A DNA stretch of 58,533 bases from the NCBI GenBank assembly GCA_944391785.1, contig CALXUX010000012.1, forward strand, positions 1-58,533. The letters run 5' to 3'. The notes beneath the pieces are model-generated. The model did no database searches. It saw nothing but the letters and a program-made list of their open reading frames with translations, and was not told where the DNA came from. Both the position numbers and the translations under genes were made by a program. Below are positions 36,594-47,091 of the stretch, one piece after another. Each line of letters opens with the position of its first letter. The first letter of the stretch is position 1. The stretch comes from an uncultured Clostridia bacterium. Its GTDB lineage: Bacteria; Bacillota; Clostridia; TANB77; CAG-508.

Positions 36594-36998
36594 TTATTCT
36601 TCATCTTCTATTTGCTTTTCATTTTCTTGGCTGTCTTCTTTTTTTGGTAATATTTCTTTTAATATATTATCAATTTTAGCTCCATATTCTATTGAGTCAT
36701 CTAGTTCAAAAATAAGTTCTGGTGTGTTCCTTAAGTTTACTTTTTTTGCTAGTTCAGATCTTATGAATCCTGCTGATTTTTTTAAGGCTTCTAATGTTGT
36801 TTTTATATTTTTAGAATTTAGAATACTTACATATACTTTAGCATATTTTAGGTCTTGGGTTACTTTTACTTTTGTTATACTAATTAATCCTGTTACATTT
36901 GGATTTTTTAGTTCATAACCTATTATTTGACTTAGAACTTTTTTGTATTCTTCTGAAACTTTTTGCATTCTATTTTTATTTGCTGGCATCTTCTTCAC
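36594..36998 (-). CDS. rbfA: ribosome-binding factor A
   Basis: ...RMQKVSEEYKKVLSQIIGYELKNPNV...ITKVKVTQDLKYAKVYVS...LRNTPELIFELD. The true start may be the internal Met at 36968. Confidence 0.88.
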   Translation of the reverse strand: MKKMPANKNRMQKVSEEYKKVLSQIIGYELKNPNVTGLISITKVKVTQDLKYAKVYVSILNSKNIKTTLEALKKSAGFIRSELAKKVNLRNTPELIFELDDSIEYGAKIDNILKEILPKKEDSQENEKQIEDEE

Positions 36999-37179
36999 CT
37001 CTTGCTATAAAATTATTTTCTTGCATTTTAGTATCTCTACATAAAGATTTTGCTTTGCACTTTATATATGCATCTCTGGTTTTGTTTGTATCAACATTTT
37101 CTTTTATATATTTATCTAACCATTCTTTTCTTTTTGTATAAAAATCTTTCATTATATCGTGTTTTGTTTTCGTATTCAT
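36976..37179 (-). CDS. small basic hypothetical protein (67 aa) between infB and rbfA
   Basis: The ATG overlaps the infB stop (TAATG), which suggests translational coupling. It occupies the ylxP position of the Bacillus operon but shows no resemblance I can see. Confidence 0.35.
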   Translation of the reverse strand: MNTKTKHDIMKDFYTKRKEWLDKYIKENVDTNKTRDAYIKCKAKSLCRDTKMQENNFIARGEEDASK

Positions 37180-40100
37180 TATCTTTTTATTTCCTCCATT
37201 ATATATGCTTCGATTGTGTCTCCTTCTTTTATGTCATTATAGTTTTCAATTTGGATACCACATTCAAATCCTTTTGATACTTCTTTTGCATCATCTTTAA
37301 ATCTTTTTAGTGTTGCAATTTTTCCATCATGTATTACTACATTGTCTCTTATAACTCTTACTCCTGCATTTCTTTCTACTTTTCCACTTAGTACAAATGC
37401 ACCTGCAATTGTTCCTACATTTGATATTCTGAATGTCTGTCTAACTTCTGCTGTTCCTATTATTTTTTCTTCATATTTTGGATCTAGCATTCCTTTCATT
37501 GCAAGTTCTACATCTTCTATTGCTTGGTAAATTATTGAATATTGTTTTATTTGTACTTCATCTCTTTCTGCCATATCTTTTGCTGTGTTTGTTGGTCTTA
37601 CATTAAATGCTATTATTATTGCATTTGAAACTTTTGCAAGCATTACATCTGTTTCTGTTACTGCTCCTACTGCTGCATGTATTACTTTTACTTTTACTTC
37701 TTCGTTTGCAAGTTTTTCCATTGATTGTTTTACAGCTTCTACTGATCCTTGGACATCTGCTTTTACTATTAAATTTAGTACTTTTAGTTTTCCTTCTTCC
37801 ATTTGGCTAAATAAGTTGTCTAATGTTACTTTAGTATTTGCATTTATTGCTTGTTCTCTTGCTTGACGTTTTCTTTTTTCTATTAGATGTTTTGCTGTTT
37901 TTTCGTCTTTTACTTCATAGAATGTGTCTCCAGCTTCTGGAACTTCTGTTAGTCCTGTTATTTCTACTGGTGTTGATGGTCCTGCTTGTTTTACTTTTTT
38001 GCCTTTATCATTTGTCATTGTTCTTATTCTACCTATTGATGAACCAACAACTATTGTATCTCCTACATCTAATGTTCCTCTTTGTATTAACATTGAAGCT
38101 ACTGCACCTTTTGATTTATCTAGTCTTGCTTCTATAACTACTCCTTTTGCTTGTTTATGTGGGTTTGCTTTTAATTCTAATACATCTGCTTCTAATAATA
38201 CCATTTCTAGTAATTGGTCTATATTTGTATTATTTCTTGCTGATATTGGTACACATATTGTGTCTCCTCCCCATTCTTCAGGTACTAGATCATATTTCAT
38301 TAATTCTTGTTTTACTTTTTCTATATTACTATCTGGCAAGTCTATTTTGTTTATTGCTACTATTATTGGAATTCCTGCTTGTTTTGCATGGTTTATTGCT
38401 TCTATTGTTTGTGGCATTACTCCATCATTTGCTGCAACAACTAAGATTGCAATATCTGTAATTTGTGCTCCTCTTGCTCTCATTGCAGTAAATGCTTCAT
38501 GTCCTGGTGTGTCTAAAAATGTTATTTGTCTGTCATTTATATTTACTGTATAAGCACCTATTGCTTGTGTTATTCCTCCTGCTTCTCCTTCTATTACATT
38601 TGTTTTTCTTATTGCATCTAATAGTGATGTTTTTCCATGGTCAACATGCCCCATAACAACAACTACTGGTGGTCTTGGCATTAAATCTTCTTCTTTGTCT
38701 TCTGAATCGTCAAATAGTATATCTTCTTCTGTTATTGTTTCTTTCTTTTTAGCTGTTATTCCAAATTCTCCTGCAATTAAGAATGCTGTATCAAAATCTA
38801 TTTCATTATTTATTGTTGCCATTATTCCATATCCTAGTAATTTTTTGATTACTTCTGCTGTAGTTTTTTTCATTTCTTGAGCTAAATCTTTTACTGTTAT
38901 TGTTTCTGGTACTTCTATTTCTGTTAGTTTAAATATTTTTTGTTTGTTTCTTTCTTCATCACCTTTTTGTACTTTCTTTTTGCCTCTTCTTCCTCTTTGT
39001 GTTGTTAGGTCATAATAGTCTAGCATTCCACCATCTTGATCATCAAACATGTTAGATAGCCTATTTGCTTGTTTTAATGTTTTTAGTTTGCCTTCATCAA
39101 AGCTAGATGCATCATTTCTTCTATTTTTTGACTTTTTATTTGTTTTGTTTTCTTCAAATTTATTATTATTTTTTTGCTTGTCTATATTTTTGTTATATTC
39201 TCTAACAATTTCTTTTTCTTGAACATCAGCAGACATAATATTTTTGATATTTTTTTCTATTCCTCTTTCATCTAATGGTTTTCTTTGTCCATTATAATTT
39301 TGATTTCCATAATTTCTCACATTTCTATTTTCATTATATTTGCTAGTAGTTCCTTCATTGTTATATCTTGATTTGTAATTTTGCTTAGTATGATTATTAT
39401 AATTATTGTTATTATAATTGTTGCTATAACCATTGTTTTTATTAAAATTATTGTTTCTTTCTTTTACAAAATTATTTCCTTGATGTACTTGCTTATTATT
39501 TGGCAAGATTTCTTTTTTTCTTTCTGTTTGAACTTTAGTTTTTATATTTATATTTTCTTGCATATATTGTTTGCTTTCTCCTTGCTCATTTTCTTCATTA
39601 TTTTTTTGCATTATGTTTTCTGTATTTATATTTTTATTAACTGCTTTTGGTTCATTTTCCTTTACATTTTCTTTATTTTCTATTTTTTCTTTTTCTTCTA
39701 TAGTTTCTTTTTTATTTTCATTTACTACTTCATTTTTTATTTTTTCTTGTTTTTCTGGTGTTTGCTCTTTTTTTGCTTTTTCTTGGTTTTCTTGAATTGG
39801 TTCTTTTTTTACTTCTTCTTTTTTATTTAATCCAAATAATTCACTTACTGTTTTTGGCTTATTTGTTTTATTACGATATACTATATTAAAGTCTTTATTT
39901 TGCTTTCTTTCTACAAACCCAATATTATTGTTTTTCTTTTTTTGTTCTTCTGCATCTTTTTGCTTTTCTTGATTTTCTGTTATTATAACTTCTCTTCTTA
40001 TGATAACTGGTGCCTTTTGGTCTTTGACTTTTGACTCTTTAGGCTCTTTTGCTTGTTCTTTTTTGTTTTCTTTTATATTGTTTTTTTCTTGCTTTTTATT

Positions 40101-40340
40101 TTTTGATTCTTTTTGTTCATTTTTTTCTTGTTTTTTATTTTCTTCATTTTTTTCTTCTGTTGTTTCTTGTTTGGTTTGTTTATTTAACACTAATTTTTCT
40201 TCTATTTTTTTTGCATCTTCTTCACTTACACCGCTTAAATGACTTTTTGCTTCTATTTCTAGTTTGTTTGCCATTTCTAATACTTCTTTACTGGTTAAGC
40301 CTAATTTTTTTGCTATTTCATGTATTTTTATCTTACCCAA
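37179..40340 (-). CDS. infB: translation initiation factor IF-2 with a long K/E/N-rich N-terminal extension
   Basis: The likely start is TTG 40340 (GGGGTGA RBS), giving [15 protein letters not shown]-domain [28 protein letters not shown]. The ORF track extends to 40358. Confidence 0.95.
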   Translation of the reverse strand: MGKIKIHEIAKKLGLTSKEVLEMANKLEIEAKSHLSGVSEEDAKKIEEKLVLNKQTKQETTEEKNEENKKQEKNEQKESKNKKQEKNNIKENKKEQAKEPKESKVKDQKAPVIIRREVIITENQEKQKDAEEQKKKNNNIGFVERKQNKDFNIVYRNKTNKPKTVSELFGLNKKEEVKKEPIQENQEKAKKEQTPEKQEKIKNEVVNENKKETIEEKEKIENKENVKENEPKAVNKNINTENIMQKNNEENEQGESKQYMQENINIKTKVQTERKKEILPNNKQVHQGNNFVKERNNNFNKNNGYSNNYNNNNYNNHTKQNYKSRYNNEGTTSKYNENRNVRNYGNQNYNGQRKPLDERGIEKNIKNIMSADVQEKEIVREYNKNIDKQKNNNKFEENKTNKKSKNRRNDASSFDEGKLKTLKQANRLSNMFDDQDGGMLDYYDLTTQRGRRGKKKVQKGDEERNKQKIFKLTEIEVPETITVKDLAQEMKKTTAEVIKKLLGYGIMATINNEIDFDTAFLIAGEFGITAKKKETITEEDILFDDSEDKEEDLMPRPPVVVVMGHVDHGKTSLLDAIRKTNVIEGEAGGITQAIGAYTVNINDRQITFLDTPGHEAFTAMRARGAQITDIAILVVAANDGVMPQTIEAINHAKQAGIPIIVAINKIDLPDSNIEKVKQELMKYDLVPEEWGGDTICVPISARNNTNIDQLLEMVLLEADVLELKANPHKQAKGVVIEARLDKSKGAVASMLIQRGTLDVGDTIVVGSSIGRIRTMTNDKGKKVKQAGPSTPVEITGLTEVPEAGDTFYEVKDEKTAKHLIEKRKRQAREQAINANTKVTLDNLFSQMEEGKLKVLNLIVKADVQGSVEAVKQSMEKLANEEVKVKVIHAAVGAVTETDVMLAKVSNAIIIAFNVRPTNTAKDMAERDEVQIKQYSIIYQAIEDVELAMKGMLDPKYEEKIIGTAEVRQTFRISNVGTIAGAFVLSGKVERNAGVRVIRDNVVIHDGKIATLKRFKDDAKEVSKGFECGIQIENYNDIKEGDTIEAYIMEEIKR

Positions 40341-40653
40341 TAAGATCACCCCCATCATATATTTTTTGTATTTGACTGGCTAGATTTATATCTTTTATTC
40401 CTATAATTGCTTTATTGGATTTGCCAATTGCTTTACTTAAAGTTTCTATATTTTCTGTTATTATAATACTTACTTTTGCTTCATTAGATATTCTTTGGAA
40501 TTTTTGCTTTGTTCTTTCTGAGCAATCTTTTGCAACTATTACTAATTTTACTTTTCTAGATTTTATTTCATTTTCTACACTATCTGATCCAAAACATATT
40601 TTTCCAGCTTTTGCAGATAGACCTATTAAACCTAATATTTTATTATTTATCAA
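40333..40653 (-). CDS. ylxQ: L7Ae-family RNA-binding protein (YlxQ)
   Basis: [46 protein letters not shown]. Conserved position between ylxR and infB. Confidence 0.85.
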   Translation of the reverse strand: MINNKILGLIGLSAKAGKICFGSDSVENEIKSRKVKLVIVAKDCSERTKQKFQRISNEAKVSIIITENIETLSKAIGKSNKAIIGIKDINLASQIQKIYDGGDLIG

Positions 40654-40903
40654 GTATTACACCTCTTAAACTTTCATAAATTTCTTGTGATATTTTTGTA
40701 TCTAATACCTTTTCTAGTCTTTTTGTTTTTATTACTTTATCTAAGCATTCTATATTGTCACATATATATGCTCCTCTTCCTTCTAGTTTGCCTTTTTTGT
40801 CTATAAATATTTCATTATTTTTGTTTTTTACAATTCTTATTAATTCTTTTTTGTCTTTTTTTTGGTTACAACCCATACAAGTTCTTTGTGGTAAACTTCT
40901 CAT
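40643..40903 (-). CDS. ylxR: YlxR (DUF448) RNA-binding protein
   Basis: MRSLPQRTCMGCNQKKDKKELIRIV...GRGAYIC. Conserved position after nusA. Confidence 0.85.
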   Translation of the reverse strand: MRSLPQRTCMGCNQKKDKKELIRIVKNKNNEIFIDKKGKLEGRGAYICDNIECLDKVIKTKRLEKVLDTKISQEIYESLRGVILDK

Positions 40904-40974
40904 AGCTTTGTCCCCCATTTTTATTTTATGTTATTATTTTGGTTTTTATCACGGTTTTTGGTTTTGTTTCATGT

Positions 40975-42111
40975 TTATTCTTCATTTTTGCTTTCTTCTA
41001 TTTCTTCTTGATTTTCTTCAGAAACTTTTTCAGACTCTTCTTGGTTTGCTTTTTCTAATAATTCTCTGAATTGTGTTTCTGATTTTATATCTATTTTCCA
41101 ATTTGTAAGTTTTGCTGCAAGTCTTGCGTTTTGTCCAGATTTTCCTATTGCAAGTGACAATTGATCATCTGGTACTATAACTTGTGCAAATTTTTCTTCT
41201 TGCTTTATATCTACTGCTAAAATTTGTGCTGGAAGTAATGCTGATGCTATATATATACTTGGGTCTTCATTCCATTCTATTACATCTATTTTTTCTCCAT
41301 TTAATTCATTTATTACGTTTTGGATTCTAACTCCCTTTTGCCCTACACAAGAACCTACTGGGTCTATGTTTGGGTCTGGTGAATATACTGCAACTTTACT
41401 TCTGTATCCTGCATCTCTTGATACACTTTTTATTTCTATTACACCTTCATATATTTCTGGTATTTCAAATTCTAAAAGTTTTCTTACAAAATCTGGATGA
41501 CTTCTTGATACTATTACTTGTGGTGCTCCTTTTTGTCCTCTTTCTACTTCTAGTACATATCCTTTTATTTTTTGGTTTACTTTATAATGTTCTGTTGGTA
41601 TTTGTTCTTTATGTGGCATTACTCCTTCTAATTTTCCTAAATCCATTACTACTATGTTGTGGTCTGCTTTTTGAATTATTCCAGAAACAATTTCTCCTTT
41701 TCTGTCATTAAATTCATTAAATACTATATCTCTTTCTACTTCCCTTAGTTTTTGAATTATTACTTGTTTTGCAGTTTGTGCTGCTATTCTTCCAAAATCT
41801 TTTGGTACTATTTCAACTTCTACTGAATCTCCTAATTTTAGTCCTTTGTTTATTTTATGTGCATCTTCTAAACTTATTTCTAAAGCTGGATCTTTTGCGG
41901 CTTCCATTACTTCTTTTATTGCATATACATGTGTTGCTCCTGTACTTCTGTCTATATCTACTTTTACATTTTCTAGTGAGTCAAAATTTCTTTTGTATGC
42001 TGTTACTAGTGCTGTTTCTATTGAATCTAGTATATATTCTTTTTTTATTCCTTTTTCTTTTTCTAATTCTTCTAAAGCTAATATTAGTTCTTTATTGTCT
42101 ATGGCTTTCAT
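40975..42111 (-). CDS. nusA: transcription termination/antitermination factor NusA
   Basis: N-terminal domain LEELEKEKGI, S1 domain, and KH domains (GSCVGQKGVRIQNV..., AIGKSGQNARLAAKLT). Confidence 0.95.
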   Translation of the reverse strand: MKAIDNKELILALEELEKEKGIKKEYILDSIETALVTAYKRNFDSLENVKVDIDRSTGATHVYAIKEVMEAAKDPALEISLEDAHKINKGLKLGDSVEVEIVPKDFGRIAAQTAKQVIIQKLREVERDIVFNEFNDRKGEIVSGIIQKADHNIVVMDLGKLEGVMPHKEQIPTEHYKVNQKIKGYVLEVERGQKGAPQVIVSRSHPDFVRKLLEFEIPEIYEGVIEIKSVSRDAGYRSKVAVYSPDPNIDPVGSCVGQKGVRIQNVINELNGEKIDVIEWNEDPSIYIASALLPAQILAVDIKQEEKFAQVIVPDDQLSLAIGKSGQNARLAAKLTNWKIDIKSETQFRELLEKANQEESEKVSEENQEEIEESKNEE

Positions 42112-42126
42112 TTTTTTATTCCTCCT

Positions 42127-42591
42127 TTAATTCCATTTATATACTGTTTTTATTTGAGATATATTTTTTCTTTGCAATTTTATTTCTTCATTTGAATCTA
42201 GTTCTATTGTTATATCATCTTTGTTATAGCTTTTTAATGTTCCTACATATTCTTTTTTACCTTGGTCGTCCTTTTTAAATAATCTTACTTGAATTTGTAC
42301 TCCAATATTTTTTTCTAATTGTGAATCTTTTCTAATTACTCTTTCAATTCCTGGTGATGATACTTCTAAATAGTATTGCTCTTTTATATAGTCTGCTTGG
42401 TCTAAAATTTCGTTTATTTCATTACTTACTTTTTCACAATCATTTAAGTCTATTCCACCATTTTTGTCTATGAATATCCTTAAATAATAATCCTTTCCTT
42501 CTTTTGCATATTCTACATCATATAGTTCATAGCCTATATTTTCTATTTTAGACTTTATTAGTTTTTCTACCTTTTCTTCTATGTTTGCCAA
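42127..42591 (-). CDS. rimP: ribosome maturation factor RimP
   Basis: Start TTG 42591, 6 nt after AGGAGG. ...GYELYDVEYAKEGKDYYLRIFIDK...LEVSSPGIERVIRK. Confidence 0.9.
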   Translation of the reverse strand: MANIEEKVEKLIKSKIENIGYELYDVEYAKEGKDYYLRIFIDKNGGIDLNDCEKVSNEINEILDQADYIKEQYYLEVSSPGIERVIRKDSQLEKNIGVQIQVRLFKKDDQGKKEYVGTLKSYNKDDITIELDSNEEIKLQRKNISQIKTVYKWN

Positions 42592-42617
42592 AATATACCT
42601 CCTTAATATCATAAGCA

Positions 42618-42642
42618 AAGAGTGGGATTTGCTCCCACTCTT
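42618..42642 (-). promoter_or_regulatory. leader hairpin in the rimP-nusA 5' UTR (possible attenuator)
   Basis: Minus strand AGAGTGGGA-gcaaa-TCCCACTCT. 9-bp perfect GC-rich stem followed by TTGCTT. Sits between the promoter and the rimP RBS. Confidence 0.45.
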
Positions 42643-42664
42643 CTTGCCGTTTGTCTACTTTATT

Positions 42665-42693
42665 ATTATACCCGCTTTTTTTAGAAAATGCAA
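42665..42693 (-). promoter_or_regulatory. sigma-A type promoter of the rimP-nusA-infB operon
   Basis: Minus strand TTGCAT-17 nt-TATAAT (-35 at 42693..42688, -10 at 42670..42665). Confidence 0.6.
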
Positions 42694-42726
42694 GCTTTTT
42701 TTAATTTTTTTAATTTTTTTAACATT

Positions 42727-43383
42727 TTATGCTTCTGATTCTTCCATTTTACTTTCAAGTCCTTTCTCAAAATATGATGTGCATCCTATTAATGTTAATA
42801 TATATACTGTTAATACCAAAGGTACAGTTAATCTTCCTATTGGTATTCTTGTAATTGCCATTATACTAAATAGCACCACTTGCATCAATATCACAAGTCC
42901 TAATGTTTTAGCCAATACATTTAAACTACCTAACTTATAATATCTTATCATCATAAAAACCAATATTATCAATGTAGCAATTGAAAATGGTACTACATAT
43001 GGTTTTATTATGTCTCTTCCTCTTGTATGTGCAACTGTTATTATTGGTACATCATCTGTTGTTAAATCTATTCCATATTTTTCATTTACTTTACTTACTA
43101 TATTATCTCTTTGTTCTTCTGTTATATCTTTTGCCATTATACTTACTGCATCTTCAAATACTTCTATTTTTTGCAAAACTATTTCTGTGTTTTCTCCTAA
43201 AACTTCTTTTGCAATTTGTCTTATTTCGTCTTCATTTATTTTGCTTCCTATTCCTAGCTCTATTCTTTTTGCATCTTCATATCTTAAGTCAAAGTTAAAT
43301 CCAGATATAATTGTTACTGCTATTCCAGCAATTATTATGGCTACTATTAATATATATATTATAAGTTTCTTTTTTGATTTCAT
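42727..43383 (-). CDS. SecF-like membrane protein (short, divergent)
   Basis: 218 aa. N-terminal TM, about 110-aa extracytoplasmic domain, and a C-terminal TM bundle. Lies immediately downstream of the SecD-like gene. I could not see the GYSxNDTIV-type motif. Confidence 0.45.
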   Translation of the reverse strand: MKSKKKLIIYILIVAIIIAGIAVTIISGFNFDLRYEDAKRIELGIGSKINEDEIRQIAKEVLGENTEIVLQKIEVFEDAVSIMAKDITEEQRDNIVSKVNEKYGIDLTTDDVPIITVAHTRGRDIIKPYVVPFSIATLIILVFMMIRYYKLGSLNVLAKTLGLVILMQVVLFSIMAITRIPIGRLTVPLVLTVYILTLIGCTSYFEKGLESKMEESEA

Positions 43384-43398
43384 TTGCTTTAGCTCCTC

Positions 43399-44970
43399 CT
43401 ATTTATTTTTTAATTTTAGTAAATTGTTTGTTACTAAAATATTAATTATTGCAATTAGTAATATTCCCCAGAATGTTGTCATTCCGAAACTACTAATTGG
43501 TACCCAATTTATAAAACAGAATATTATTGACATTATACATATTGGTAGTATTTTTAAGAATATTTCTTTATAGTTTTCTTTTATTGCTTTATTTAATACT
43601 ATTCCTTTTAGTTTTTCGTCTTTATTATATTCTTTGATTTTTGATAGTAATTTCCATACAAATATATAGTTTATTATTAATGTTACAACTATTCCAAATA
43701 TTCCTTCTATTGAGATTATTACATTTGCATAACGTATTATTAGCGCATATATTGCAGATAAGATTATATATCCTAAACTTGCTAAGAATCCATTTGTTTT
43801 GTGTTTTATAATTAAAATTAATAATGCTACTGCAACTGCAATTATAATTCCAAGTTTTATATAGTGTAATTCATTTCTTGTTATGTCTGATAATACATAT
43901 TCATTTCTTGTTACATTATATTCTATTGGTAATTTTCCATTATCTAATACTACTGCTATATTTAATGCATTTTGTGCATATTGGTTTAAGGTTTCTGTAT
44001 CTGTTGTTGTACTTCCTATTGATAATGGCATATCACCATTTTTTATTACTTCGTCAAAATATGTTGTCATCATTTCTTCATCATCTATTGACATTGTTAC
44101 TTGTTTTGCTGTTTCTTGTGCTTCTTCTGTTTCATTTTCTGATGTTTGGTTTTCTTCTGATGTAGAATTTGTGTCTGTAGTTTCATTTTCGCTAGATTGG
44201 TTTTCTTCACTTGTTTCATTTGTTTGGTTTTCTGCATTTGTTTGATTTGCTGTATCTGTATTGCTTGATGCTGTGTTTTCTGCTACATTGTTTACATATG
44301 TTCCAGTAATATTTTCAAATTTTTCTGTTCCTGTTTTATTAAATTTTATGTCTAGGTATACTGTAGTTCCTGTTGATGTTGAACCATACATTACTTGTGA
44401 TGATTTTATATCATTGTTGTCCATTAATAGTTCTTTTGTTTCTGAGTCTACTATTTCAAATTTTCCTGTTGTTGCAATATTATTTACTATGTTGTCTGTT
44501 TGATCATTTTCTGGCAACTCTATTGTTATTTCTCCTGTTTGATTGTTTAGATTTATTATGTAGTTTTCTACATTTAGCCCTTGTAATCTTTTTTCTATTA
44601 TTCCTTTTGTTTCTTCATAGTTTGCTTGTGTTAGTAAGTCTTCGCTATTTATATTGATTTCTTCTTTTGTGTATCCTTTTTCTGTAAGTTCTTCATCTGT
44701 TAGATTTTCTGCATCTTCTACTTCATTTCCTGATGAGTCTTTAATTACTGTTTTGGTTTCTGTAGATGGTGTAAGTGTAATTATTCTTGCTCCTTTTAGG
44801 TCCATTGCATAATCATAGCCTTTTATGTTGTTTTCCATTCTGTTTTGTTTTTTTGTGTATACACCAAATATTGCAACAAGTGCTACTAATATTGTTATTA
44901 ATGTGCATACTAAAATTTGTAATTTTTTTCCTTCTTTTTTTACTTTTCTTTTTTCTTCCATTTTTAACAT
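43399..44970 (-). CDS. SecD-like membrane protein with an acidic N/T/E/S-rich insertion (divergent)
   Basis: 523 aa. N-terminal TM, about 330-aa extracytoplasmic region including NTASSNTDTANQTNAENQTNETSEENQSSENETTDTNSTSEENQTSENETEEAQE, then 5-6 TM helices. The SecD/SecF-type architecture and gene pair support the call, but sequence motifs are weak. Confidence 0.5.
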   Translation of the reverse strand: MLKMEEKRKVKKEGKKLQILVCTLITILVALVAIFGVYTKKQNRMENNIKGYDYAMDLKGARIITLTPSTETKTVIKDSSGNEVEDAENLTDEELTEKGYTKEEININSEDLLTQANYEETKGIIEKRLQGLNVENYIINLNNQTGEITIELPENDQTDNIVNNIATTGKFEIVDSETKELLMDNNDIKSSQVMYGSTSTGTTVYLDIKFNKTGTEKFENITGTYVNNVAENTASSNTDTANQTNAENQTNETSEENQSSENETTDTNSTSEENQTSENETEEAQETAKQVTMSIDDEEMMTTYFDEVIKNGDMPLSIGSTTTDTETLNQYAQNALNIAVVLDNGKLPIEYNVTRNEYVLSDITRNELHYIKLGIIIAVAVALLILIIKHKTNGFLASLGYIILSAIYALIIRYANVIISIEGIFGIVVTLIINYIFVWKLLSKIKEYNKDEKLKGIVLNKAIKENYKEIFLKILPICIMSIIFCFINWVPISSFGMTTFWGILLIAIINILVTNNLLKLKNK

Positions 44971-45008
44971 TCCTTTCTCTAAGTATATATTTTTATATTA
45001 CTCATTTT

Positions 45009-45668
45009 TTATAATAATTTTGTTCCATTTATTATTAATTCAAACCATATATTTAAAAATTTTGCTGCATATTTGCTCATCATTGTTCTTTCCATAAATA
45101 TTTCGAAATAGTTTAGTACTGGACATATTTCTGTGTCAATTGATAAGTTTAATGTAATTGTTTTTGTTTCTGGGTTCATTATTAGTTTTGAGTCTGTTAC
45201 AGCATAGTTTACTCTATCGTGAATATCAAATGTAGATAAATTTGTATTAGATACTCTTTGCCTATGTACGTCTGATTTGTCTGCAAGTATTAATGCTGCT
45301 GATATATCACTTATTGCTGTTCCTGTGTTTTCATCATGGTTTCCTATTGCCATCATTATTTCTGTTCTTTCTTCTACTGGCATCCCCATTTCTTTTAGAA
45401 TATTAAAGCTTAATATTGCTCCACTGTGTGCATGGTCTACTCTGTTTACACAGTTTCCTATATCATGCATATATCCTGCAATTTTTGCAAGTTCTATTGT
45501 TCTTTCTGGATATCCTAATTTTTCTAATATGTCTCCTGCTCTTTTTGAGACAATTGATATATGCCTATGCCCGTGTTCTGTATAACCAAGATTATCTAAT
45601 TGCTTTTGTGCTCCTTTTATTAGAGCTTCTATCTCATTATTTTCTTTTATTTCTTTTAAAGTTATCAT
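45009..45668 (-). CDS. HD-domain phosphohydrolase
   Basis: GHRHISIV...AGYMHDIGN...HAHSGA...GNHDE...LILADKSD. Confidence 0.75.
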   Translation of the reverse strand: MITLKEIKENNEIEALIKGAQKQLDNLGYTEHGHRHISIVSKRAGDILEKLGYPERTIELAKIAGYMHDIGNCVNRVDHAHSGAILSFNILKEMGMPVEERTEIMMAIGNHDENTGTAISDISAALILADKSDVHRQRVSNTNLSTFDIHDRVNYAVTDSKLIMNPETKTITLNLSIDTEICPVLNYFEIFMERTMMSKYAAKFLNIWFELIINGTKLL

Positions 45669-45744
45669 TGGTTTCCTCCCTTATTTTTGTCTGTTTAGAT
45701 TTTATATTAATTTATTAAAAATATCAACTCTTTTTTATAAAAAA

Positions 45745-46834
45745 TCATTTTTCTGATATTTGCTCTGGCATGTTTTCATATAATGGTATTATGAAGTTTA
45801 ATGCTGAATCAACTGTGTTTGAGGCTTTGTATATTTCTAACATATTGTTTGCTTCAGACATAGGAGCTAATAAATTTTGCATGTATTGGTTTGTGTATAA
45901 ACTTTGGTCTGAATTTACTATATCAAATTTTTGGAGATATAATGTGTTTTGCCCTTTATTCATATATCCTTCTTTTACAAATTCTACTCCGCCTATTAGT
46001 GCTTTTTCTAATGTATTCCATCCCTGTTCATATGCATATTTTGCTGCATTTTCTAAAATTTCTTCTGATGAATTTCCTGTAGCTTTTATGTTAAATGGGT
46101 TGTATATTGTTATTCCATTATATTCATATCCTCGTGATAATACTGTTCCTTTTCTTCCTTGTTCTTGAATTAGCCTTGAAGCTATAAAGTATGGGTCTAG
46201 GTTTGCCTTTTCTCCTGCTTGTATTAAACTTTCTGCTATATTTTCTCCTTCTAAAAATGTTTCATTTGTTATTTCTTCTATGCCTTCTATTGTATGAGCT
46301 CCGTTCGCAATAATTTAACTCCTTGAATTGGAATATGTTTTCTTCGTTTATTATATTTCTTGGATCCATTTGATATTTAATTGCTTTATCTGAAGCACAT
46401 AACCATGTGCCATTGTCAAATCTTTTATCTTTGTCAATTTCGCATTTCCAGTCTTCTGGATATTTTGAGGAGTCTGGTATTAAATTTAGTGGAAACTCGG
46501 TTCCATCTTTGTGACCTTCATTTTTTATTACTTCATTAAAGTCTAGTTTTGTGTAAAATAAAGTAAATGTCCAGTTTGGGTGATTTTGTTTTAGCTTGTC
46601 TATTAGTTCTTTGTATCCAGGGTATTTGCTTGTGTTTAAGTTTTCTCCGTTATATTCAATATATTTTTGTGTAGTCTTGTCTTTGTATATTATAATTGCA
46701 ATTAGGGTTGATAATATTATTAGTATTAATATTATTAGACTAATTATTTTTATCTTAGTTTTATGGTTTCTTATTAAATTTTTGGTTTTTATTATTAAGT
46801 TGTTTATTGTTTCTTTATATTTTTCATTTTTCAT
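45745..46834 (-). CDS. membrane-anchored GH73 N-acetylglucosaminidase (peptidoglycan hydrolase), interrupted by an apparent +1 frameshift
   Basis: ORF 46262..46834 (TM anchor; ...YQMDPRNIINEENIFQFKELNY) is continued in the +1 frame, open from 46314 to 45745: IANGAHTIEG...AGEKANLDPYFIASRLIQEQGRKG...YNPFNIKATG...LYLQKFDIV...QYMQNLLAP. Both halves match the usual single-chain clostridial glucosaminidase layout. Confidence 0.7.
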
Positions 46835-46973
46835 ATTTATTTTTTATTCCTTTACTTTTATTTTTTATTTTTGATACAATTGCAAATAAAATTTAAAATT
46901 TTTAACTTTATGAAAATTTATTTGATTTATATTTGATTTCTATAAAATTATAATTTTATTTTGCCCTTTTATG

Positions 46974-47010
46974 AAAAAACAACCTATAAACTTCAAAGTT
47001 TGTAGGTTGT
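46974..47010 (-). terminator. rho-independent terminator after tRNA-Gly
   Basis: Minus strand CAACCTACAAACTT-tg-AAGTTTATAGGTTG followed by TTTTTTC. Confidence 0.7.
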
Positions 47011-47017
47011 TATAATT

Positions 47018-47091
<74 letters not shown>

